DNA of 64,000 nucleotides from the NCBI GenBank assembly GCA_019897865.1, contig GCA_019897865.1_4532.1; one strand, written 5' to 3'. Origin of the DNA: a phage. Shown here in pieces: positions 36,506 to 46,512 of this stretch; within the stretch, counting starts at the first letter, position 1, and every line of letters starts with the position of its first letter. A model generated the notes under the pieces. The model made no database searches. It saw only the letters and a program-made list of their open reading frames with translations, and was not told the origin of the DNA. The translations under genes were made by a program, and so were the position numbers.

Positions 36506-39102
36506 TGAGTAAGTTTACATGGGATATTGAAGCAAACGGATTGTTGAATAATGACACTATTGATTATTTAGCTAGTCCTTATCGTCTCAAAGACACATTT
36601 CAAATGCACTGTATTGTCTTAGAGAACCATGAAACAGGAGAAATAGTAGCTTTCCACGATGGCCCTAAATACATCTTTGATGGGCGTCCTTATGAAGAGT
36701 CAGATGGTAAATACACATATGTTCTTAAAGAGTATGTGGCGCAAGATTACACGCATTTTCAACTAAAAGATTTCCCAGACTTTATTAATCATGAAGGTTA
36801 TTTTAAAGACAAGCCTGAATATCTGGTTGAAATGGCTGTGGCTCACAACGGTATCAACTACGACTGGTTGGCTACAAAACTGTTTTATGGATTAGATTAC
36901 AGTGTTAAATATAATACGTGGGGCAAAAATAAGGTAAAACTTATTGACTCCTTGATTTTGAGTAAAGTGTTAAACCCAGATCGAAAGATTGAGGGCAAAT
37001 CAGGACATAGCTTGGCAGCACTTTCTCGAAAAGCAGGTGGTGATGTAAAAATAGATTTCCGTAAAGAGATTCCAGAAGAAGATCGATTTAAGACTTTTGC
37101 TGCGGATATGCTTTATTACTGTATCTATGACAACAAAGCCAATACGAGCGTATATAACTACCTTATGGAAGAATGGGGCGATTATGATAAATGGGAAGGT
37201 CCATTTGAACTTGAACAACGTGTAGCAGACATTATCACACGCCAAGAACACCGTGGGTTTGCTTTTAACATGAAGCAAGCAGAAGAGAACCTTGCTTTTT
37301 TGGATGCAGAAATGGAGCGTCTTCGTTTACTCGTTGAGCCTATTTTGCCACCTAAACCAGCAACAAAAGGCTATCTTAAGGCTTTTATTCCACCTAAGTT
37401 GCAAATTAAAAAGAACTTAGAGCCAACTAACCATATGATCAATTTTGCTAAGAAACATGATGGTCATTTGGAAGAGAGGGATGGCGATTGGTGGTTAGTT
37501 ATGTTGGGGAAAGAGTGGAAACTGCCAGTTGCAGCAGATGAACCTCTATGTGATCCTAACATCCCTGCAACATTGAACGATACAACCCATATTAAAAACT
37601 GGCTTGTAGGATTAGGTTGGGTACCGTCTGAATATAAAGATAAAGACTTGACCCTTAAATCTGGAACCAAGATTAAAAAGAGCGAGGAAGAACTTCAGAA
37701 AGGTATTCGAGCTTACGTTGAGCAAACTCTATCTTCTAATTTTTGTCAGGATCGTTGTGATCATCTGGAGTGCACACCGGAAACCTTGGAAAGGAAGATT
37801 CAAGAGCGTATAGCAAAAGGTAAAGGTCGCGGTCTTAAAGTATTGACTAACCCATGTTTTACCAAAGGTCAGGAAAAAGAAATTTGTCCTAACCTGCAAG
37901 CTTTGGGTGAGAAATTTCCTTATGCTACACAGATTGTAGAATACTTAACGTATAAACACCGTAGGAACTCTATTTTAGGTGGTGGTGCCGATTGGGAAGA
38001 AGACGAAGAAGATCAAGAATACGATAAAGGTTTCTTAGCCGCAGTAAGGGCGGATGGTCGTATTCCTACCCCAGCCGCTACATGTGATGCTGCAACCTCT
38101 CGTATGAAGCATAGATCTGTAGCTAATATTCCTCGTGTCACATCTTTGTTTGGATGGGAGATGCGTAACTTGTTTGGTGTGGAGGTTCCTAAATACTTCC
38201 AGATTGGTTATGACTTCGACTCTTTGGAAGCAAAGATTGAGTCACATTATTGTTGGCGCTACGAACCGGAGCCTCATGAATACTGTAACGCTCTCTTGTT
38301 AGAGAAGCCTAACGATGTTCATACCATGATGGCAAAACGTATTACAGACACTATTGGACGTAAGTTTGAACGTAGTCCAGCGAAATCTGTTAAATACGGG
38401 ATCACTTATGGTGCACAAGCAGACAAGGTTGCTAAAACAATTGGTAGCGATAAGTTTACAGGTCAGTTAGTGTTCGATGCTTTCTGGGAAGCTGCATTCC
38501 CACTGGCACGTCTTAAAGAACGTTTAAACGATTTCTGGGTTAAGACTGGTAAACAGTATGTTTTGGGTATTGACGGTCGTAAGGTTCCTACTCGTTCTGC
38601 TCACGCGATTCTTAACTCTCTGTTCCAAAGTGGTGGGGTTATCTGTGCTAAACGTGCAATGGTTATTTATGACGATATGATCGAAGAAGAAGGACTAAGT
38701 GTTGACTTCTTTAAAGATGACTGGAAGAATAAAGACTTCGTGCAACAAATGATTGCATACCACGATGAAGCCCAGCTTGAAGTTTCTCGTAACCTTGTAG
38801 AATTCAAATGGTTTTCACCTGAATCGTTAGGTTGGAAGAAAGTAGACGATCCTGAAGAACAAAAGAAAATTGATAAAGAATGCCTTGCTAAAGTTGAAGA
38901 ATGGAAGCATAATAAGGAAAAAGAGACGGGACAAATTTGGGCTAATATTCATGAATCTCCCAAAGGTGGATGGTTTACAGCCTATAGTCGGGCAGGTGAA
39001 CTTGCTGCCTTAGCTGTTACTAAGGCTGGAGAATTTTACAATCTTAATGTTCAGCTTACTGCCGGATATGACGTGGGTAATTCCTGGGCATCCTGTCATT
39101 GA
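36505..39102 (+). CDS. family A DNA polymerase with 3'-5' exonuclease domain
   Basis: 865 aa; Exo I WDIEANGL, motif A GYDFDSLEAKI, motif B RSPAKSVKYGITYG, motif C YHDEAQ; GTG start after AAGGAGG. Confidence 0.8.
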   Translation: MSKFTWDIEANGLLNNDTIDYLASPYRLKDTFQMHCIVLENHETGEIVAFHDGPKYIFDGRPYEESDGKYTYVLKEYVAQDYTHFQLKDFPDFINHEGYFKDKPEYLVEMAVAHNGINYDWLATKLFYGLDYSVKYNTWGKNKVKLIDSLILSKVLNPDRKIEGKSGHSLAALSRKAGGDVKIDFRKEIPEEDRFKTFAADMLYYCIYDNKANTSVYNYLMEEWGDYDKWEGPFELEQRVADIITRQEHRGFAFNMKQAEENLAFLDAEMERLRLLVEPILPPKPATKGYLKAFIPPKLQIKKNLEPTNHMINFAKKHDGHLEERDGDWWLVMLGKEWKLPVAADEPLCDPNIPATLNDTTHIKNWLVGLGWVPSEYKDKDLTLKSGTKIKKSEEELQKGIRAYVEQTLSSNFCQDRCDHLECTPETLERKIQERIAKGKGRGLKVLTNPCFTKGQEKEICPNLQALGEKFPYATQIVEYLTYKHRRNSILGGGADWEEDEEDQEYDKGFLAAVRADGRIPTPAATCDAATSRMKHRSVANIPRVTSLFGWEMRNLFGVEVPKYFQIGYDFDSLEAKIESHYCWRYEPEPHEYCNALLLEKPNDVHTMMAKRITDTIGRKFERSPAKSVKYGITYGAQADKVAKTIGSDKFTGQLVFDAFWEAAFPLARLKERLNDFWVKTGKQYVLGIDGRKVPTRSAHAILNSLFQSGGVICAKRAMVIYDDMIEEEGLSVDFFKDDWKNKDFVQQMIAYHDEAQLEVSRNLVEFKWFSPESLGWKKVDDPEEQKKIDKECLAKVEEWKHNKEKETGQIWANIHESPKGGWFTAYSRAGELAALAVTKAGEFYNLNVQLTAGYDVGNSWASCH

Positions 39103-39120
39103 TCTAACATGTTGTTTTAT

Positions 39121-39140
39121 AAGGGGCTTCTGCCCCTTTA
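39121..39140 (+). terminator. terminator-like hairpin after DNA polymerase
   Basis: aaggggc ttct gcccctt hairpin followed by TATA (weak U-tract). Confidence 0.4.
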
Positions 39141-39151
39141 TAGGAGAAGAT

Positions 39152-39343
39152 ATGAGTTACGATTTAGATTATTTTGGTATGCCTTACCTACCAGATGAAT
39201 TTGAAGGTGAAGAAGAATGTGAATGGGACGATGGAGATATCCGTTGTTGGTCTTGTGGTAAAGATATGTCCTATGAACAACATATGCACAATGATGGTTT
39301 CTGCATACATTGTTATAATGAAATTGATCTGGAGGAAGATTAA
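39152..39343 (+). CDS. small acidic Zn-ribbon protein
   Basis: Track ORF 39047..39343; ATG at 39152 after AGGAG; CWSCG...CIHC. Confidence 0.45.
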   Translation: MSYDLDYFGMPYLPDEFEGEEECEWDDGDIRCWSCGKDMSYEQHMHNDGFCIHCYNEIDLEED

Positions 39344-39510
39344 TGGGAAATGGTATCATGATTTGCTATAAAATTGTGCGTATTGTCGGAGACGAAATTA
39401 CCACTCGGTATTTTATGATAGAGTCTCAAGCCGATGAGGTTTACAATGACTGGCTTGAAAAAGGTGGATACGATTTTGTATCTAAAGAAACTTTCCGTTT
39501 AGAGGTATAA
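39343..39510 (+). CDS. hypothetical small protein (55 aa), not in ORF track
   Basis: ATG at 39343 after GGAGGAAG; ends TAA at 39508. Confidence 0.4.
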   Translation: MGNGIMICYKIVRIVGDEITTRYFMIESQADEVYNDWLEKGGYDFVSKETFRLEV

Positions 39511-39520
39511 GGAGAAAACA

Positions 39521-39739
39521 ATGCGTAAACTAGTGAGCTTTAATGTTTCAATTCTTATTGATGAACAAAATGAAGATGTTATTAAAGGTCTTGCAAATAA
39601 GATTGCAGGTGGAATGACGGAAGCTGAAGTGTGGGAAGAATGTGCTCGACTTTATGAGGAAGGTGTTATTGAGGTCTTGGGGGATGAGATTAATATGGAC
39701 GATGTTGTAAAAGTAACTGTGGAGCGTATCAATGACTAA
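39521..39739 (+). CDS. hypothetical small acidic protein
   Basis: 72-aa ORF with AAGGAG RBS. Confidence 0.5.
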   Translation: MRKLVSFNVSILIDEQNEDVIKGLANKIAGGMTEAEVWEECARLYEEGVIEVLGDEINMDDVVKVTVERIND

Positions 39740-40328
39740 ATCAAAACAAATCAATATTGCCAAAGAAATTCTTACCGTATTAAAGATCGCTGATCCTAAT
39801 TCTGTCTTGGCTGGCGGTGCTGTTCGTGATTGGCGTATTCTTGATATTGCTGGACGTGATCTGGATTTTTACACGTCTCTTCCTGCACATCGATCAGAAG
39901 AGCAAATACAAGACTTGATTGCATCTGCTTTGATGGGAACTAATATTCGTAAACTAGGAAACAAAGAGGCTTCTGATAACTACGAGGGTGTTACTGGTCT
40001 TAAACACGTTTTTGAATTTGAACGTGATGGTCAGCTTTGCAACCTTATGATTATGGACCCAAATGTAATGACAACCTTTCTGAATGAGTTTGATCTGTCC
40101 ATCTGCCAGGCTGCATTTGATGGAAAGGATTGTTATTACTCTAAAGATTTTGAAACAACTTTGGAAACAGGGATCTGCTTCTTGCACAAAGATGTTAGAG
40201 AAGATGCCAAACATGTTATTAAAATCGCTACGCGTTTCCCATATCTTCGCTTTGTTAAAGAGGTTAAGGTTCCACGTCCACCTCAAGTAGATACCAAATC
40301 GGAAGAAGAAGATGATATTCCTTGGTAA
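39732..40328 (+). CDS. minimal Pol-beta-superfamily nucleotidyltransferase (CCA/poly(A) polymerase head-like) with SSB-tail-like C-terminus
   Basis: 198 aa; LAGGAVRDWRIL...DLDFY matches the GGAVRD...D.D head motif; C-terminus EEEDDIPW. Confidence 0.5.
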   Translation: MTKSKQINIAKEILTVLKIADPNSVLAGGAVRDWRILDIAGRDLDFYTSLPAHRSEEQIQDLIASALMGTNIRKLGNKEASDNYEGVTGLKHVFEFERDGQLCNLMIMDPNVMTTFLNEFDLSICQAAFDGKDCYYSKDFETTLETGICFLHKDVREDAKHVIKIATRFPYLRFVKEVKVPRPPQVDTKSEEEDDIPW

Positions 40329-40373
40329 TTAAAGCTTGACAATATTAAACATTTTATGATAGGATAGCATTCA

Positions 40374-40766
40374 ATGACTGAACGTTCTAAGATAGCTGTT
40401 GAAACTGTTTATGGAAACTATACCAGTTTGACACTAGTTGAGAAAAATGTTGTAGGTCTTGACAACTCTTTTTATTTTCAAATTTTGGTTATTCAAGGTG
40501 GAAACAAGAAGCTAACTGCTCGTGTTGAAACATCTGAAATAATTGAAACCACTGTTACAAACAAAGAATTCATTTCACTGCAAGATACAATCCGAAACGT
40601 TATAGACGAAGAAGGCAAAGCTGCCACAATTAAACTCGGAGGTTTCCCAGTGCAAATAGTTCATTTTCCTAATGGTGAAATTGGAGTTGGAATAGGTAAA
40701 GGTAAATACCTGTTAGAGCAAGATGATATGGAAAGACTCCGCTCTTTCTGTGCAAAATTAATGTAA
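40374..40766 (+). CDS. hypothetical protein
   Basis: 130-aa ORF; no obvious SD. Confidence 0.45.
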   Translation: MTERSKIAVETVYGNYTSLTLVEKNVVGLDNSFYFQILVIQGGNKKLTARVETSEIIETTVTNKEFISLQDTIRNVIDEEGKAATIKLGGFPVQIVHFPNGEIGVGIGKGKYLLEQDDMERLRSFCAKLM

Positions 40767-40782
40767 TGTAGAGGAGATAATA

Positions 40783-41670
40783 ATGTCCGTAATTAATACT
40801 GAAACTGATCGTAAAGGCAAAACCGTAACTTATGCAACTGGTATCGTAGACTACGTTAAACTGGATAAATTCGCTGAACCTAAAACTTTTCATTGGGAAG
40901 GAAAAACGATTGTTTCAACTCACCGAGCCTCTCTTGTTCTGAAAGAGAAAGGTGCTAAACCAGATGAGAAAGGTGTTTGGATTTCTCTTGGTGACATTGA
41001 ACTGAAAGAAGGTTATGAAAACCTGCAAGTCAAAGAAGGTGATAATTGGATCACTATTGAAAAAGGTGTAGAAGTAAGTATTGATATTGATCGCGTTGAT
41101 AATAAAGGCGGTAAAACTTACTACAATACTAAAAAATCTCGTATTACAGTATTGTCTACCGATGGTGTTCAGAAGTCTAACAAATCTTCTGGCAATAAAG
41201 GTTCCAACGATGCTGCTCCTAAGCAGTCCTATAAAAAACGTGATACTGTAGGTCTGGAAACTGGTCACGCAGTAAATGGTGCACTGGAACTGATTCGTAA
41301 TGGTGTTAAAGGCGATGCTTTCGATATCGCTGGGGTTGTTCAATCTGCAACTGTCACGCTGAAATCTGAAATTGCTGAATCTCGTGGCGTTGATATTAAT
41401 GATTATGATCTTGGGGCATCTGTTGGTCACGCTATTCTCAATGCTTGTAAAGACCATACCATTAAGACTGTCTCTGTAGAAGATCTGATTGAGTCTGCTC
41501 GTAAAGTTCTGGCTCTGTCTGATAAAGTTGCTGCTGCCATTCGTGGTTCCGCAGAACAGCCTAAGAAAGAAGAGAAGAAAGAAGTTAAGAAACCTGAACC
41601 ACAACCAGAACCAACTCCAAGTAATCAAGAAGAACCTCCAATGGACTTCGACGATGATATTCCATTCTGA
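40783..41670 (+). CDS. single-stranded DNA-binding protein-like protein with host-SSB-type C-terminal tail
   Basis: 295 aa; last residues PSNQEEPPMDFDDDIPF match the E. coli SSB tail; acidic Pro-rich linker; GAGGAG RBS. Confidence 0.6.
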   Translation: MSVINTETDRKGKTVTYATGIVDYVKLDKFAEPKTFHWEGKTIVSTHRASLVLKEKGAKPDEKGVWISLGDIELKEGYENLQVKEGDNWITIEKGVEVSIDIDRVDNKGGKTYYNTKKSRITVLSTDGVQKSNKSSGNKGSNDAAPKQSYKKRDTVGLETGHAVNGALELIRNGVKGDAFDIAGVVQSATVTLKSEIAESRGVDINDYDLGASVGHAILNACKDHTIKTVSVEDLIESARKVLALSDKVAAAIRGSAEQPKKEEKKEVKKPEPQPEPTPSNQEEPPMDFDDDIPF

Positions 41671-41705
41671 TCTTATTGATTTATAAAGAGTTTTTTATAA
41701 AAGAA

Positions 41706-41736
41706 AAGGGAACCTTTGCGGGTTCCCTTTTTTATT
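41706..41736. terminator. Bidirectional Rho-independent terminator between convergent SSB and fibre genes
   Basis: gggaacc tttgcg ggttccc hairpin flanked by AAAAGAAAA upstream and TTTTTTATT downstream. Confidence 0.75.
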
Positions 41737-44410
41737 AGTCGTAATATTTCAAACCTGTAATGAACTTCGATCCCCAATCCGCACTTGCGGCGGTGAACGT
41801 CAACATCCAAGTTGTAGCTGTACCAGTGAAGACCTCTCGTTGCACAGTACCATCAGTGTGGTAAATGTCCACGCCAGTATGTCCATTCTTAGGAATAGTG
41901 AAGGTAACAGCACTGGTAGTGTCTCGTGCATAAGAACAAACAAATGGTGTCCCCGCCCAAACTGGATTTGTCATATCACCCATCTCAAGCTGTGGAACCC
42001 AAGCAATAAGACCTGCCGTACCATCTCCTGCGAAAGTGTCTGATCCACTTGCATTCAAAGCTATAATCTCATAGGTTATAGATGCTTGTTTGGCAACTGT
42101 CACTTTGTGTAGAATTACACGATACCAACCATTCCCCATATCGATTATGTTTGCATCTGCACCTGTAAATGTTCCAGCTACAAGATCATAAGTCCCTTCG
42201 TTAATCTCATCTCCTGAAGTCAATTTGAGTTTCACTTTAGTGATCCCGTCTGGCTTCAAGAATACGGATGCCGCCCAGTGCTTACCTGCTGTAATATCAG
42301 AAGCTGTATTCACTGCTGATAAAATATGTTGTCCTGAAGTTGTAGAAGGTGTTAACTTGTAAGTGTTAGCCGTAGTTCCAACCGGAGAGTTGATTGTTGA
42401 TGCTGTGACTGTCAAGTTCGTCTTCAACCACGGGGAAGCTGTTGTCAAGTTATTGTTGATAAAGATATGTGTACGGTTGGCTGCTACAACACGTCTACCT
42501 TGTGGAGTTGTACCAACATATTCTAAAGGTGCTACGGGAGCAGAACTCTCTGTAGGTACAAGGATATCTCCAGAAGCCCTGGCATAACGGTTACTCCTAT
42601 TGACCTTTACATCCGTTGGAATAGTTTCTTGCGTCAAATCATAGTCCATCACAATCACCACAGCATTCACTGCGAGATAAGAACTATCTTCGGCAGTTAC
42701 CACACCTTGATAAGTTGCTCTACAACCGATACGACAATCCCCATCAGCAACCGCTGTAATAACGCCTGTAACGGGGTCAACTGTTGCTACCGTAGGGTCA
42801 TTAGAGAAATACTCAACAACCATACCAGGTAAGCTTGCTGCTCCTGTTGGTGTTATTTCTGCTACCATTGTTTGTGTTGTTCCTACATCCATCGCAGATA
42901 AGCTAGGGGTGTAAACGCTCAATGTTGAAGCATATCCTCCAGAGGTATCTGATAAAGTTGTTCCTTCAGCGTTTAAGGCTGTCATACCTGCATCAAAACC
43001 ACCTTCTGCATGGAAAGTCATTAAACCAGTAGATGATATTGTCATGTTTGCAGGGGCAGAAGAAGTGTATTTAATATTGAAAAGTTTACCTCCTTCTGGT
43101 CTAACAGAATGTGTCAACTGTTTAGTTCCACCTACAATACAAATTCCTAAAGAATCTGTAGTTAAGCCAGTTGCCAGAATATCGCCCGTAATCACGGAGC
43201 TTGCTATTGGTGTGAATTTATTATAGTTTAGACCACTATTGAACAGATACGAGGCTTTCCCATCTTTCCAAATACCGGAATAATACATATCTCCATTATA
43301 AACGAAAAAGGTTCCTTGATAACCTAATTGGTTAGTAACATCCATATTCAGCGTATGAACGCTTGTGAGCTTGTTTATATCCCAAGAACCCACTCCTTCA
43401 GGTTTAACTGGTTTTCCCACTTGGAGTGGATCTCCGCTCGCAGAATCATACCCCAAACCTAAGTTTGCAGTGTAGTTCTTACCAATAGCCCACAAGGAAT
43501 TATTGATCCCAACGAAAAAAGAGTGGCGGCTTGGTGGAAACTTCCATGTTGAGAAACCTGCTGCAAAGGTATCCAGTTTAGTGTAGGTTGTTTCTGTATT
43601 AGATCTAACATATAAGTAGTTTACTGTACCCGTGCCACCGGAGGTATCTCCTACAACTATTGTCTGGGAAACTGTATTGATGTAATCTTTGACATACACT
43701 GTTTCAGTAGCGGATATCTTGGCATTGACAAAAGCTGTTGTTGTGTTATTATTACCTGCTAAACCTTTACTAGCTCCACAAACACGCAAGGTTCCCACAT
43801 TGTTGACATAAGAACATTGGTTGTAACCTGCATCAAAAGCAACTGCTGCACTTGTTATCTGACGAGGAGTAGAAACTTCGTTAGTAGTACTTGCACCTAA
43901 ACTACCTACTGTGTTTTGACCTGATCCATAAAGAACACCACTATTCATTAACCAGAGAGTATTGTTATATCCTCCCTTAACCTCTTTAAGATTAGCTAAA
44001 GAGATAGTCCCTGTTATTACAGATGGAAAGCTGGTCCAAGTAGTTACACATGCGTCCGTACCACCTGCTGCTATAGATCCTACCAATCCTGCTGTCAATC
44101 CTGAATATTGCCATCCTCCACTGTTAGTTTTAATAACAAAACAACGATCTGCGGTAAACACATCCGCTACTACAGTAGAAGCTAAGTGGAAATTATTGAA
44201 TCGTGCACTACGAGTTCCATCTGCAATCTCACCAAAAAGGTTTGCGCCTTGAGTAAACAATCTACCATCATTAAGCAAAATTGCTAAACTGCTATTAGAA
44301 TTACCAGCATTATCTGGGTAATCTAAAGTGATTACTTTTTTAACAATACCTGCTGGCAGAGGAACGACACCAGTGCTGGTCATAATAGTAAATATTGGAA
44401 TTGGAAACAT
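41735..44410 (-). CDS. tail fibre/adhesin-like structural protein with RCC1-like repeats and Ig-like (BIG2) domain
   Basis: 891 aa; N-terminal RCC1-like repeats; mid BIG2-like VTAVADGDCRIGCRATYQGV; Thr/Ser/Gly-rich. Confidence 0.5.
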   Translation of the reverse strand: MFPIPIFTIMTSTGVVPLPAGIVKKVITLDYPDNAGNSNSSLAILLNDGRLFTQGANLFGEIADGTRSARFNNFHLASTVVADVFTADRCFVIKTNSGGWQYSGLTAGLVGSIAAGGTDACVTTWTSFPSVITGTISLANLKEVKGGYNNTLWLMNSGVLYGSGQNTVGSLGASTTNEVSTPRQITSAAVAFDAGYNQCSYVNNVGTLRVCGASKGLAGNNNTTTAFVNAKISATETVYVKDYINTVSQTIVVGDTSGGTGTVNYLYVRSNTETTYTKLDTFAAGFSTWKFPPSRHSFFVGINNSLWAIGKNYTANLGLGYDSASGDPLQVGKPVKPEGVGSWDINKLTSVHTLNMDVTNQLGYQGTFFVYNGDMYYSGIWKDGKASYLFNSGLNYNKFTPIASSVITGDILATGLTTDSLGICIVGGTKQLTHSVRPEGGKLFNIKYTSSAPANMTISSTGLMTFHAEGGFDAGMTALNAEGTTLSDTSGGYASTLSVYTPSLSAMDVGTTQTMVAEITPTGAASLPGMVVEYFSNDPTVATVDPVTGVITAVADGDCRIGCRATYQGVVTAEDSSYLAVNAVVIVMDYDLTQETIPTDVKVNRSNRYARASGDILVPTESSAPVAPLEYVGTTPQGRRVVAANRTHIFINNNLTTASPWLKTNLTVTASTINSPVGTTANTYKLTPSTTSGQHILSAVNTASDITAGKHWAASVFLKPDGITKVKLKLTSGDEINEGTYDLVAGTFTGADANIIDMGNGWYRVILHKVTVAKQASITYEIIALNASGSDTFAGDGTAGLIAWVPQLEMGDMTNPVWAGTPFVCSYARDTTSAVTFTIPKNGHTGVDIYHTDGTVQREVFTGTATTWMLTFTAASADWGSKFITGLKYYD

Positions 44411-44423
44411 TTAAACCCTCCAT

Positions 44424-44448
44424 AAAAAGAAAGCCCCTTTCGGGGCTT
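44424..44448 (-). terminator. Rho-independent terminator (minus strand) after collagen-like fibre gene
   Basis: aagcccc tttc ggggctt hairpin; minus-strand downstream UCUUUUUAU. Confidence 0.6.
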
Positions 44449-44451
44449 CTG

Positions 44452-46476
44452 TTATCGTGTTACAACAACCATGTCCACGATATCACCCACACCAGGATAC
44501 GTTAATTGCAAAATTGTTACTGCGTTAGCAGTAGTTGCTATTTCTGTATCATTTAGTGCTCCATAAGACGCATCTAGTGTAACCGTGTGTCCCGTTGTAT
44601 CTTGAATCAAATAAATCATTGCTGAAAACGCTTTAGGTTTTGTAGAGCCAGTGACACCAGGCCATGCTCCAACTGTCAGAGCGTCAGTTACTGTAACAAC
44701 ATACATATTGGAAGTTCCAGAAGGAGTCCAAGATGCTCCAGAGTTGGCAGTAGTTGTTTCAAGTTCCATGAAACCTGCTGTAACTCTAGTTGGTGTTATA
44801 GCTTCCGTAGGATCTGATCCGGATATTTCGATCCAATTTCCATCAGACCTACCATACGTCAAGCCGTCTTGAGGGGCTTCTGGTATACTAGGAAGAGTGC
44901 CTATAAGCGTCCACGTAGAAGAATCTGTTTTCTTAAACACTGCTCCAGTGGTAGTATTGAAGGCGTAATCATTGATAACACCGTCTCCTGCGACTGGATT
45001 AGTTGTTGCTACAAACCACTGTGCGCCGTCCTTACCGTTGGTCCCATCAGTACCGTTGGTTCCGTTTGTTCCAGGATCACCCTTATCTCCTTTATCCCCT
45101 TTTTCACCTTTGTCGCCTTTAATACTTCCCATGTCAACAAAAGATGCGGAATTGGTGTCTTGATCGTAGGTATAGATGTAAAGATTACTAGTGTCTTCAG
45201 TTAAATAGGCATCACCGTAGTTATTATAAACAGGGAGAGCTTCACTGTTCGGAACATGACCTTTAGCTGTAATTGATGTTCCTCCAAGACTGCCAACATT
45301 CATCCATTCCGTAGCATCTTGAACCCAAACATACAAATCATTATTAATTTTATATGCATCACCTACTTCTCCAGTAGGAGGAAGTTCAGCTTCGCTGTTC
45401 AGAACCCCGATAATCTCTAAACCTGATCCTGTTGCACCCACTGGTCCTTGTGGACCTAGTTCACCTTGTGGACCTCGCTCTCCTTGATCACCCTTGTCTC
45501 CTTTTGGACCTTTAAGTGAGGCAATAAAATCTACTTCTGTCCCTTCATTACCAGCATCCAGCCAACTTTGATATGCAGATTTCCCTTCATCTCCATCTGT
45601 TCCATCTAGACCGTCTTTTCCTGCCTCGCCTTGTGGACCTTGAGGACCAACAATATTACCCATGTTGACCCAAGCTGTCCCATTAGAGACATAAAGATTA
45701 CCATTGATAGAATAAGCTTGGCTTACGTTTTCAGAGTTAGGTTGTGGTAAGTTACTTGTAGAAGGCAAATCTCCACGATAATCAAAACCGTTGGCGTTAA
45801 CACCAGGTGCTCCCTGTGGCCCTGTAGGACCAACATCGCCTTTATCACCTTTTATAGAGGTAAGGAAATCATAAACAGATCCTGTATTACCATCTGCCAA
45901 CCATACCTCGTAAGCTGATTTACCTTCTGGCCCAAGAGAAGAAATAAGTTTCCAAACAGAACCATCCCAAGCGTAGATTACATCACCTACGATATAACCA
46001 TCCCCTGCAACGTTACCTGTGGATGGTAGTTCACTAGTGCTTGCTAATGATCCTTTAATATTAAGTTGAGCACCAGTATCCCCTTTCAAAGAGGCAAGCC
46101 ACTGTGCTTCTGTTCCAACAAAACCATTATCAAGTGCGATCTGATAAGCCGATTTACCAGCTTCAGGTATTGTTTCCGACAGATCATCAATCTGTTGCTG
46201 CATTGCCGTAAACTTGGCATTGATAATTGCTATATCATCAGCGGTCCCAACACTTTGCCATGCAAGGGAAGAAATACCACCTGTGGTGGCTGGCGTAGAG
46301 TTTGCTGGAACCACTTTAGGAAAAGTTCCTTTCCATTGGTAATAATTCCCTTCTGCTGCTAACAGCAAAACTTCACGGGAATTACGTAATGTAAAACCTG
46401 CCTCAAAGCTGCGACGTTTTCGATAAGTAGCTTCTACCAGATCGGCTATCGCACTATTAGGTCTTGTTAAATTCAT
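44452..46476 (-). CDS. side tail fibre protein with collagen-like Gly-X-Y stretches and phage tail fibre repeats
   Basis: 674 aa; GDKGEKGDKGDKGDPGTNGTNGTDGTNGKDG and KGPKGDKGDQGERGPQGELGPQGPVG; three GKSAY..WL..G..G....F..S.KG repeats. Confidence 0.7.
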   Translation of the reverse strand: MNLTRPNSAIADLVEATYRKRRSFEAGFTLRNSREVLLLAAEGNYYQWKGTFPKVVPANSTPATTGGISSLAWQSVGTADDIAIINAKFTAMQQQIDDLSETIPEAGKSAYQIALDNGFVGTEAQWLASLKGDTGAQLNIKGSLASTSELPSTGNVAGDGYIVGDVIYAWDGSVWKLISSLGPEGKSAYEVWLADGNTGSVYDFLTSIKGDKGDVGPTGPQGAPGVNANGFDYRGDLPSTSNLPQPNSENVSQAYSINGNLYVSNGTAWVNMGNIVGPQGPQGEAGKDGLDGTDGDEGKSAYQSWLDAGNEGTEVDFIASLKGPKGDKGDQGERGPQGELGPQGPVGATGSGLEIIGVLNSEAELPPTGEVGDAYKINNDLYVWVQDATEWMNVGSLGGTSITAKGHVPNSEALPVYNNYGDAYLTEDTSNLYIYTYDQDTNSASFVDMGSIKGDKGEKGDKGDKGDPGTNGTNGTDGTNGKDGAQWFVATTNPVAGDGVINDYAFNTTTGAVFKKTDSSTWTLIGTLPSIPEAPQDGLTYGRSDGNWIEISGSDPTEAITPTRVTAGFMELETTTANSGASWTPSGTSNMYVVTVTDALTVGAWPGVTGSTKPKAFSAMIYLIQDTTGHTVTLDASYGALNDTEIATTANAVTILQLTYPGVGDIVDMVVVTR
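45030..45125 (-). repeat. collagen-like Gly-X-Y triplet repeat within tail fibre gene (second block about 45425-45520)
   Basis: Plus strand shows periodic acc/tcc/ttt...cc triplets encoding Gly-X-Y on minus strand. Confidence 0.7.
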
Positions 46477-46512
46477 TTATCTCTCCTATCATTAGACCAT
46501 TCTATTGGAAGA

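Noticed and set aside
40915-41628. 237-aa minus-strand ORF antisense to the SSB-like gene
   Set aside because: Low-complexity Phe/Asn/Ile-rich translation typical of the reverse frame of an AT-rich gene; the sense gene has strong functional signatures.
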